This document shows positions 11,811-23,600 of a stretch of 64,000 bases of DNA, one piece after another (position 1 is the stretch's first letter; each line of letters starts with the position of its first letter). The notes under the pieces are model-generated. The model ran no database searches, was not told the origin of the DNA, and was given only the letters and a program-made list of their open reading frames with translations. Origin of the DNA: Hydrolagus colliei (Eukaryota); assembly GCA_035084275.1 (NCBI GenBank), contig CM068752.1:10106001-10170000 (forward strand), written 5' to 3'. Position numbers and translations under genes: made by a program.

Positions 11811-13866
11811 TAATAACAACACAATAACAACAACATTACACTTGTATAGTGCCTTTCATGTCAGGAGGACGTCCCAAGGCACTGATAGAGACATTGACAC
11901 ACAGTGATAAGAGTTATCGAGACTGGGTCACACAGAGTGATAGAGAGAGACACATAGACACACACACAGTGAGAGAGACACTGGGACACGCGCGCACACA
12001 TACACACAGTGAGAGAGAAAGAGACACTGAGAAACATAAGGTGTTAGAGACTCAACAACAACAAAATTACACTTGTTTAGCGCCTTTCATGTCAGGAGGA
12101 CGGCCCGCAGACTCACTCACACAAAGAAATGGATAGAGTGAGAGACTACAACAACAAAATTACATTTATAGAGCGCCTTTCACGTTGGGAGGACGTCCCA
12201 AGAGATGTCACTGATGTCCACAGAAGCTATGGACACATGAAACTTACATGGTGTATACCTATTGAGACACAGACAAGACAGACACGTACATGGACTAAGC
12301 GACACATAGGATGGGTAGAGACGTGGGGAGCACCTGTACCTTGAGGGGAGGAGTGAGTGATTGGTGTTTTGAAAGGGAATAATTGCGAAAGAGGAAACAG
12401 CTATGACTGGTGGTGAAAGAAGGATAAGAACAGATAAACTGGTATAGGCAACGAGGTGCTGGATCAGTCGTTCTGAAAATCCATCCAGCGGTTTTAAGGA
12501 ACAAAAATAACAGACATTTAAAGTACATCCTTCTTGTCAGGACATAGGACAGAGTGATGATAGCAAATTCTAGCCCCTCCTAATGGGAGTTTGTAGCTGC
12601 CAGCTTCTTTCTTTCTCTCCCATTTCTCTGCACTCCATAGAGGGCAGTAGAGCTATACCTTTCCTGCATATGCCACACACGTCATCAGGGTAAAGATCTG
12701 GAACAGTATCTATTCCCCAAACCCGTTCCTTTATAGCCATGGGACACTGAGAATGAGATTTTCCAGATTCATGAACTCCTCAGTAATTATAATTACTCTT
12801 CCAGTGTGCATTCACCTGCCCTCCACCCTCCCTGATCCCAACATCTGACATACAGTATTGTTAGTATTTTGGCATGGTAGATGCTAAGCAAGAAACCATA
12901 TTTGATCAAATGCAAGGATTATTATTAGTATTATTGTCTGAGGTTGTAAGGAGATGCTGGCGCGTCGAATGTATTGAAAATATATGAAGTTGAATTTTCG
13001 AGTTCACATTTGGAAGAATGTTTTTTTCACGCAGCACTTCTTTTCCTCGCCACACTCCCTCCCCCCCCCCCCACTCCCCACCAGTTATGGATATGTTTCT
13101 GTGTGCTTTCCCCTCCAGCACATACTATCTCAGAACAATAGAGTGGACAGAGTAGCAGTGGTCCGAGCCACCTATTACAGTACAGTATTGGCACCTTTGG
13201 TGTAGAACATGCAAAGAAAGGGACTGCTTGGGTGCGGCAGGAGATGCCGGCATGTCTAATACAGTATATTGAAAGTTAATGTGGACATTTGAGGAGCTTG
13301 ATGTTCAATTCCTTGACCTCAGTGGTTGCTCTGTGACTTCCTGTCTACTTTTGCTTAATTACAGTGCAGAGGCATGACCAGTCCGTAGCCACTCACAAAT
13401 CCCTCTTTCTTGAACTCATGATAGAGGAGATTGGATTGGTATGGTTGTAAAATTGCGTTCTTTCAGTTCCTTCCTCTTCTCCTGTAATCCATTTACAGGA
13501 AGAAACAAACTGAAATCAAAGATGGTGACAAAAGGATGAAAGCTATTTGAGGAAGGAGGGAGCATCTGTTATCTGATGCAGTAAGATGCCAGTCTGATTG
13601 AACACTCTAGAGGTACTTTTTAATAAGTTTTTTAGCTGAGGAAGGCACTCGTGTGTTTGGGGGAGCTAACTGGTTTGTGTGGACCAGGGGGACAAAAATA
13701 TTACAGATTTCGCCCTGACTTGTCTGTAGTGGTTCAGATGTTCACAAACCGCTTCAGCTGTACCCCTCCGCTTTGCAAATATGGCATCTCCTTTCTGGGT
13801 TGAAATATTTTTGTTTTAAAGAAACCAACTTAAAAACAACTTGTGCATATTATAACTGTATTAATT

Positions 13867-14175
13867 GTGGAGTCTTGTGGCTCGGTGGTTAGAGCGCTTG
13901 CCTTACAAGTGAGGGAATTCCCGGCAGGTCAGGGCAAAATCTTGGGCATCTTTCTTTACTCCACACATGCGCCTGATAATAATACCTCCCCCCCAAAATA
14001 ATAAATTGGTCATTTCAATCCACGACTGTTTGTTGGGATGCAGTTGTGCACAAAATGGCTGCTTTGTTTTTTCCACAAGTATACAGTCAATTCACTTTAC
14101 AGTATATCTGTGAGGCGCTTTGAGACGTCTAGAAGACGTGAAAAGCGCTATATCAAATGCAAGGATTATTATTAA
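13867..14175 (+). mobile_element. tRNA-derived SINE
   Basis: Head TGGAGTCTTGTGGCTCGGTGGTTAGAGC, then core and (ATT)n tail. Confidence 0.85.
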
Positions 14176-14214
14176 TTGGTATTCGGGTTGAAATGAATTG
14201 GAGCCTACAACATG

Positions 14215-14478
14215 TAATAATAATATAATAATAATAATCCTTACATCTGATATAGTGCTTTTCACATCTTATCGACGTCTCAAAGCACTTCACAGAATAT
14301 ACTGTTAAGTGAATTGACTGTATATTTGGGGGCGAAATGCGGCAGCCAATTGCACACAGCAGTGTCCCACAGACAGTCGTGGATTGAAATAACCAATTTT
14401 ATTATTGTGTTTTTTTGGACGGATTATTATTAGGCGTGTGGAGTAAGGAAACCTGCCCATGGTTTCGCCCTGACTTGT
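14215..14478 (-). mobile_element. tRNA-derived SINE, 5'-truncated, tail-to-tail with the previous copy
   Basis: Reverse-complement tail and core of the same family. Confidence 0.85.
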
Positions 14479-14640
14479 CTGTAGTGGCTCAGATGTTCAC
14501 AAACTGCTTCAGCTGTACCTCTCCGGTTTACAAAACAATCACAATGCTTCTGCCTAAATTACTATTTCTGTTGGTTGAAATTTCTTCTGGAGGGAGGAGA
14601 CTTTTTTTTAAAAAAAACCTCTTCTCTTTGACCGTCAGGT

Positions 14641-17600
14641 ATGGACCCCCAATATGATGGAGCAGAGATAACGCTGGTGACAGAAGAAATTGAAGGCTGT
14701 TACAACTGCACAAGGAGCTTTTCGCGCAAAAAGAAAAAGAAATGGAAAGAGGATGGTAGCAAAAAAGGCAAAAAGCCCAGGTGAGTACATTTACATCGCC
14801 CCTGAATGCCTGTTTCGGTGCTGTATATCAGGATTCAAGAGGTAATTTTAAATGAGGGGGAGGAGGGAAGAACTTTGCTTCAATTCAAGTAAAATTTATT
14901 ATAACTTTAGACCAGTGTCTGTGTCAAGGTTTTCCTCCCACTCAACAATGTCCCTTTGATGTAAGCATTGCTTAATAGCTGAGCAATAAGTGGAGTGAAC
15001 ACGTATCCCGACAATTCCTTCTTACTATTTACCCTATCATACCTTTGATCAACTTGAAGGCTGTTATCAAGTTAGTTCCTCTCCTCTGACAGATGCATGC
15101 TGGACCTAAGAAGATGCCAATACATCCACACATCTTACCCTTGCCTCCTAACTCTGCAACTCTATTGAAGGAGTGGTGCAGATTTCTAGAGGAATAAGAA
15201 AGGCTGTGAATCAGATGCTGGCAATTTGCCCGCATGGAGTCTTGTCGAGCAGCTGCTGCCAAAGTGTGACCTTGGAAAATACTGGAAAAAACTTACACTT
15301 CCCACTCACATTATCATGTATGTGATCAGTCTGCAATATGTTCCATTGCCTGTGAAAGTGGCATTTTATGTCCAATAATAATAATTAAAACTCGCTATTA
15401 GGGGAGGGGGGAAGCTCCTTATAACTCTTAAATAGAAATAGAGGTTAGAAATTAGAATTCCAATGCTTTGGGTCTGATGAAGGGTCACATTTGAAATAAA
15501 ATCACGATTCTCAACAGATCATTCCTTTCATATGAAGATTAAACTACATATTCCACATTTTTTGTTTTATTACCTGGCCCAGGTAGTGCAGTACTTGCTG
15601 TACTGTAACTCCAAACCTACAACAAAAAAAATCTACTTGTATTTCGCGCTTTCAGGTCAGGAGGGCGTCTCCAAAATGATTTATGCAGTTGATTAGGAAC
15701 CCGAGCTACAACAACAAATTACATTTGTGTAGCATCTTTCATGTCAGGAGGATGTCCCAAGGCGCAGAAGGTGAGGGCAGTGGAGGAATGGGTTGCAGAT
15801 AATTATAATAAACCTTGCATTTATATAGTGCTTTTCATGTCTTCTAGATGTCTCAAAGCGCTTCGCAGAATATATTGTATAAAGTGAATTAACTGCATAT
15901 TTGTGGGCGATAGAGGGAGAAGGTGAACGAAAGTGCAGTTGAAATGAAAGATTTTAAGATGCGGTTTAGAGGTGCAGAGAGAGAAGGACTGGAGAACTGG
16001 GGTTCCAAACCTAAATTATTTTTTTTTGGCTTCATTTTGTGGCTACGTTTTTCATCAGTTTGGTTCACGGTCACAAAATGACAATTGAACTGCAAAGAAA
16101 TGAGGGATTATGTTACAAGTAATATTGTTCTTCAAATAAAATACTTTATGAATTACCCTGATATTAATAATCCTTTCATTTGCGTCTCTTCAAACTGACC
16201 GTTCCCTAGTGCATTTGGATAAAGTCCTAATCACATTTTTCTTACGATCCCATTGACTCTTTGGCACCAAAACGCGATGTTTACTAAGACATTAAAAGAT
16301 CTTGGAATGCTGCAACACAGACCAAGCCATTTATCCCATCGAGTCAGCCCTTATTTTTCCTCTCCATGTGCGCCAACCTTTCTAATCCCACTCTCCTGCT
16401 CATGCCCTACAATTAATATCCTCTCTTAATGATTTATTTCACCATCAAAAAATAATTAATGGACTGACTGTGCCACAACTGCGATTTATGGCAGAGAATT
16501 CTGCATTTCAACAACTCTTTTTGTAAACGGTATGTTTATAATATTGCCTTTAATTCTGTTTGTTATCTATCTTAACTTTGGTCTCTCTTGTTGCCAACCA
16601 GTGGAAACAATCTATTGCTATTTAGTTTATTACAACCATTTATAATCTTCATGTCACCCATTCAGTAACAGCAGGAATTTTTTTTCCCAATTTGCAAGTG
16701 CGCAATAAATGAGCTGTGGCCTTATGCACACTCACTGTTACCTCCTTGCTTTGTAATTTATTCCTCTGAATGTAAACCACAAATTTAATTTACAGTTTTT
16801 GAATGCCTCATTAAACTTTGTGGCAACTATCTGCATGGTAGGATCCCTCTGTTTGTCTACTGTGTTTAGAATCTGACTATTTAACCAGTTTTTCCAGACC
16901 CTATACATTTTGCCAAAAAGGTCTTTATCTTTCTCCACTGGGACTGCCACCTGTTTGCTGGTTAAATCGCTGAATATCCTTCTCCAATTTCCGATGAACC
17001 TCATCGCAGTTTGCCGTTCCCTCCAAAATTTATATCAGCAAGTTTCGATGAGACGTTTCTAACATGCTGTCTGTGTTTCAGGCCTGCATACCTATTGTAC
17101 TATTATGATACTCACTTGAAGGTGCAGCAAGATTTTCCTAATTTGCCACGGTCGGAGATAAACAAGAAGATCAGCGAAAGCTGGAGACGCCTCAGTGTTG
17201 CTGAGAAGAGTATTTACTTGGAGAAAGCCAAACTGGAAAAGGAAGGCATCGATCCCGTAGGACCTTTTAATTAATATTTACGTTTGTGTCTAAAAAATGT
17301 ATTTATCTCTTCCCCCACTCCAACACCAAAAAAAATCTCCATTCATTCCCAATGCTTCAAGATATTTGACAAGAGTTTTTCATTGGAAATTGCATCAAAA
17401 TGTGGCTTTGTGGATGATGGCATTCCACGTGTACAGACTGCAATGTCCCAAGTCCTTTTGGGATGACCTGACATGAAATGCACTGTTTAATTTTATTATT
17501 GTTGTATTGAATCTGTGCCTCAATTACTTCTCTATGTCAGTGTCTCCCTGTCGATGCTTGATGACAGCTTTTCATTGGGAATGGTATCAAAATAGTTTTG

Positions 17601-20600
17601 CTGTTTTCATTCCCCTTGTTCATTCCCAATAGAATTATTTTTAATGAATGATGTTTGACTTTTAACTTGGAATGATCCATTTTCAATATTTTGAGCCTGC
17701 AAATAAATTGAAGCAAGTGAACAATATTTGGCTCATCACCAGCAATACTGGGTCACCTTGTAGTAGCAAATGATTTCTCGATAGGATTTTTCACATCATC
17801 GTTGGTTGGAGTATCATCAACATTGCAGGGTGAATTGGATGTCAAAATTTTGCACTGACAGCTGCCTTTGACCCGAAAAATAACAGAACTAAATGAAACC
17901 TCATTAAGATAAGCAGCACATAATAAAGCAAAAACAAAACCAGACTGGAATGATTCTAAGGCTCTAATCTCATCTGAAGGGTTGCGATGACCGGGATAAA
18001 TCGTTCGGTTTGCTCTCAGAATTCCAGGTCATCAGAACCCCTCAAGTAAAATAACTGCCTTGCAATCAATCACTTCTTGAGTACACCAGCATTTATCTAT
18101 TGGCTTTGAGGGTCTGCCGTTGCCAGCAGTGAAGCTTCTAGCTTGAAGCACACCCTGAGCCATTGCCCTTTTATTATTTATCGGATTCAACATTTGGATT
18201 TGACCAACTTGCTGCATAATGTGACATCTGTTCAACTTGTATTTTCTCTCTCCCTCTCTCTTGCAGGCTGATAAACTAATCAGTACATCCACAAGCGCCC
18301 CCCCTACGGACATTCCAGGATTCCGTAAAATTCTTCCACGCTCCAGCTACATTATAATTCCTACTTCGAACCTATCCGGAGAAGGAACTGGCCAACATCT
18401 CACCTTATCTTCGGCACCAAGGGGAAGTGACGGGACCACTATCTGCCAGGCTCTCACTCACGATGCCATGCAAACGCTGTTCGCTGTCAGCGGCACCCTG
18501 ACAGACTCCCGTCTCATTGGCACGACCGAGGAGAGTATCGCAATCGATGGAATTGCAGATGACACCTCTGCTTTCATCCATTCGGAAACGATGCAGGAGA
18601 TTGTTGCTTCACAGATGCTGTCTCAATTTCCCAGTGCGGATAAAGGTTCCGGAGAAATGGGCACCAATGAGAATCCTTTGGAACTAACTCACTCCTATGA
18701 GTCCCCTTGTGTTGTCATTGAAGGGACTTTGCTAAACACTGGCGGGGACATCTCAGACAGTATGCGCAGCTGTACTAACCAGCAGAGTGCTGAGACTAAT
18801 CCCGTGTTAGCCGTTTTATCGAATCAAATGAGCAAAACACCAGGAAACCCCATCTCTCATAATCGTATAGGACAGGCTATTAGTTTCAATAGCAATCAGG
18901 TAGGAACCTGTGAACTTGTCTTCTCCAAAGTGTTGTATAATCAGGTTAATAACCGAGACAAATATTACAATAATAATATTAACTTAATATTAATTTCTGC
19001 TGTCACTTTTTTTTCCTTTGCCCTAATTACTCCCCCTCCCCCCCCCCCCCCCACTTACTCTCTTTCTTCACTGCTCTTCTGGTAATGCTTTACTTGAGGC
19101 AGGAACACAAGCTTTAAAAGTAGCCACATCTCCACTAGATCTTTATGGGAATATTTGTGATCAGCCCAATCTCGTGTCCTGTCCAATTTGATTTGGAAGC
19201 GGGCGAGCTCCACGGGTTGCTATCTACTGTATGTTGGAGTCACTTGTATGCCTTTCTCAGCGTAGTGAATGCCTTTTCTTCATTAGGAATTGCGTGAAAA
19301 CGGTGCAGCATCCACCCCACAGTTCTTAATGTTGCCGCTGGCTAATGAGCAATCTCCTGCAGCCAAAGCGAAAAAGGTTAGTAAACGTCCGACTGACGGG
19401 AGCGTGAGTGAAAGCTCAGGTTAGTAGATGGCAATTAAACCTGACTCGGAACACAAGAAAAATGTAGGGAGTAAAATAGGCCACTGGGTGTGCCTTCAAG
19501 CTCTGTTTAAAGATCAATCTGACCTTTTTTCAACTTTAAACTACCTCAAACCCTTTCTTTCTACATACTGCAGAATCCAGAACCATGTATAGTTCCCTTT
19601 GATCACTTCAGCTAAACCTGTGTATTCATCAGTTAAGGTGTTTTTCAAAATCTATAACCATAAAGCAGCTATTTAATTTCACAGTATGGAATCTTGGACA
19701 TCTAATTAAGGTTTGGAGCAAGATGTCTGGGTATTGATTTGATTTCCCTTATCATTTTAATCTTCTGGATCCTATTCTACCTCTCTGCCCAGAGAGAATA
19801 GATTTAACTCCCTATTTCCGATCCTGAGATTGTTCATAAATATTGTTAGCGACAAAGGACATACTGCTATAAATAGCAGAAAAAGCAGGATTTCTATCGG
19901 GCGGTGAAATAAATCCGTCACATCTAACCAAACAATTTCATGGTTGACAAGCATCAATTGCATATCTGCCACTCATTATTAATCCACATACTCAACGACA
20001 TTTGAACACTTAACAAAAGCGTCGAGACGGGTAAACTGATTAGAATTTACAAGTTCATCTTTTTAAAGGTTTGCCTTTTTGTAGGTCTCTTTTGAGTCGT
20101 TTTGATAGACGTTAATTAAACTTAACTTGTAAATCTCAGTGCTAATAATTATTTATTATTTGTTGATTTATTTAGTTATTTATCGATAATGAAAAGGATA
20201 CCTCACCAGACATGAAACTTGTGGAGAGAGAGTTCTTTCAGTACTTTTATATCCCTTCCCTGCCCTCACCATATATTGTCATGTTGAGGTATTAACAATA
20301 ATAGTAATCCTTGCATTTGATATAGTGCATTTTAGTCACATCTTCCAGACGTCTCAAAACGCTTCACAGAATATACTGTAAAGTAAATTGACTGTATATT
20401 TGTAGGCGAAATGCAGCAGCCAATTGTGCACAGCAGCGTCCCATAAACAGTCATGGATTGAAATTATCAATTTTATTATTGTGCTTTTTTTGGAGGGATT
20501 ATTATTAGGTGTGTGTGTGGAGTAAGGAAACTTGCCCAAGGTTTCGCCCGGACCTGCCTGGATTTGAAACACAGGTATCACGCTTGTAAGGCGAGTGCTC

Positions 20601-23600
20601 TAACCACTGAGCATTGTCGGATATCAAGCACTCTGGGACGCTGGGTGAATGCAAATTGATATTGTATTGTATCTCAGTCAGTATCGCTTGGTTTGATAGC
20701 GTGACTCCAGCCACACCCTGGCACAGGATACAGTATGTGGTCTGTCCTTTGATTTCTGATATTTGTTTTCTACGCAGTCCATCTTTGCTCAGAAGACAAC
20801 CTACACACGCAGAGGACGCGGCAGTTGTCCGAATCCAAAGTGTTTGTTTACTTACGTGACGAGACACAAGCCCCCACAGTGTCCAGCTTGTGGGAAATGG
20901 CTGGGAGGCAAATGGATCCCAAAGGTAATTTGGTGACGGAGTTGCAGTGCGGTCTCTTGGGTTACAGAATTCTCTACCCCAAAACGCTGCAGATGCTCAG
21001 TCCTTGAACATATTCAGGAATGAAATTGACAGATTTCTTATGGATTAAGGGATATGGGGGATAAGGCGGGCAGGTGGGTTTGATTAGAAGATCAGCCATG
21101 ATCTTATTGAATGGCGCGGGTGGAGGGGCCAAATGGCCTACTCTTGCTCCTTGTTCTTATGTTACTGATACAATTCAATCTCATCACCTCTACTACAAAA
21201 GCTTTAGGAGGAACCTGATAAATAAAAATGACTATAGAAAGAACACAAACCTGTCTGTGAGCCTGAGCCCCAAGTCGTGCTTGAAGGCCAAGAAATTATT
21301 TGTCAAAGTTCAAATACGATCAAGTTGTGAGCTGAGCATGGCTGGGTTTTTATGGTTAGACTTTCAGGCTTCCTGTCCCACTGTCTGAAGCTCCATCCCC
21401 TCACTTGCCTCCATCAAGACTTGCCTCTTTGACCATGCCACCAATCCAACCTCACACCCATCATCCATCCCTCTTCATTCGAGCTCTGATAGAAAAACCT
21501 TCACCATCCAGTGCCTTGGGAAGTTCTCCCGAGGAGAAAGGCAATGTATAAATGCAAGTTGTCATTATTGCATCTATCACTTATATTTTTACTGCATTCA
21601 AACTTTCTGTGTATTACGCTACCCTCTGTTCTGTGTATTTTTTTCCCCTCCCTCTAAACATCTTTCTCATGAGAGAGATGAAAAGCAGGCAGACAGCCTG
21701 TTCAAGTTTCAGTGTCAATGTAAGAAATCCTATCTGTCTTTATATGGAGTGTAACATTTCTTTTTGGCAAAATTACAACAGGGAAAGGAACTGCAAATGA
21801 TGAACCTCCATGTGGAATGTAAACAGGAGAAACAACACAAGGTGGGTCCTAATTAACACTAATATAATAATAATAAAAATCCTTGCATTTGATATCGCGC
21901 TTTTTCACGTCTTCTAGACGTCTCAAAGCGCTTCACAGAATATACTATGGGGTGGTCATGAACCTGTTCCTGTTTCAAATCCTCGATTCCCAGCAAACCT
22001 GCCGAGACTCCTCATATGAAACATCACTTTGTTGTTCTTGTAACTCTGGCGACTGAGTGCGTTTTTTTTTTTAAAAATCGCTTTCCAGCACTGTTGCCTG
22101 CCTCGTTGGCAGCCTGTCAAAAATGTTCCTGTATAAATCTCTTGACGATGAAAAGTTATAAAGTTGAATCGGAGAACTTGGTGAACTGAAGGTGTTATTC
22201 ATTCACAGGATTTGTGACTGACTGAACGAACAATAAAAGCTTTTAAAATTTAGTTATTTGGAATCTTTTAAAGTTTTTTTCAAAGATTTAGTTAACAAAG
22301 AATCGTGATCACGACCAATAAGTAATCGGTTTCTTCTCCGCACTTTAGTCTCATGTTGAGAGGTGTTACTGTGCAGATACAACTGTTGGATACTTGAGAG
22401 ATATATGATATTTGTGAAGCGCTAACACATTTTACGAGCAAGTTGGTCAATGGATTGAAAGCCAACAAATGTATCGGAAACTCCTGTTAACATCTTCCTG
22501 GCTTAACTAGTCACTACCACTTAAGTCTTCATCCAGTCAATATCCCAGCTGCATTTATTTATGTACTCATACATAAGTACAAAATGCACAGTTACTACAC
22601 TTTACAGTAAGATGTGAAGCACTTTGAGACCCTGTGACATGGCACTATATCAACATGCAGCTATTATTTGTGTACAGAGTTCTCATTCTCAATCTCTCCT
22701 TTCAATGAATAGGGATCGGATGAAACTGTAGGCACGATGGAGACTATTCAGTCCAGTTTGGAGAGCTCGCAGGCTGTATCCCAGCTTCTGAATGTAGCTT
22801 CGGAAGATCAGAAGGAAGACAAGAAGTCTTTACAGGCCAGTTGGCCACAAACATTGAATGTCAAGGTCAGTGAACGTGTTGTGGGTGAGACTGCCCTGGC
22901 TGAGAAACAGACCCAACCAAATCAGCTGTGTAATACAGTACGTACTGGGGAATGTGAGGAGGAACGACAGGCTGCAGATGCCACAAAGGAGCAAGGAAAC
23001 CTCAAAACGTCAGGAGCCAGTTGTGTCGGTAACTCCAACGGAGTGAAGATTATAAGACTGGCACCAAGGTCAGTCAGCCTTTTGTCAAGGAAAAGACCTC
23101 TGTTTACCCAGCAATAATTCAGAACCCGGATGTTTCCGCACCTTGGGACGTACTCCCGACGTGAAAGGCACTCTATAAATGTAACTTTGTTGTTGTTAGT
23201 GAATTGGTGGGTTGCTTTCCGGGGTGAATAATCCTTTCCAAAAAAGAAAAGAAAAAATATATATGTATAACTTAGTCGCTTAATCTATGGCTGTTTGAGG
23301 AACACCGCTGTGTGTAATTGGCTGCCTCATTTTGCTCACAAAATATACAGTTGATTTGCTTTACCATATATTCTGTGAAGCACTTTGAGAAGTCTTGGCG
23401 TGATAAGGCGCTTTATCAAATGCGAAGATTATTATTTATTAAAACAGAAGAAGTGATAGCTTGTTTGGTACGCATTTGTTGCTGAAGCAAAGGTTGCTAA
23501 CCAGCACGGAAGTGAATCAACTGTTTCAGAATGTTTGTTGCAGCGCTATGTTTAGGAAGGCCACATTTTTCACAGAATATTTTGTGGTGTTCACCGCTGC

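Noticed and set aside
12550-12755. GTGATGA (box C-like) in HMGXB3 intron 1 as a possible C/D snoRNA
   Set aside because: No suitably placed box D with a terminal stem and no recognisable rRNA guide.
20176-20290. Possible extra small HMGXB3 exon after TTTAG ([22 protein letters not shown]...)
   Set aside because: No convincing phase-0 donor and no motif I can recognise. The model closes in frame without it, so RNA-seq is needed to decide.
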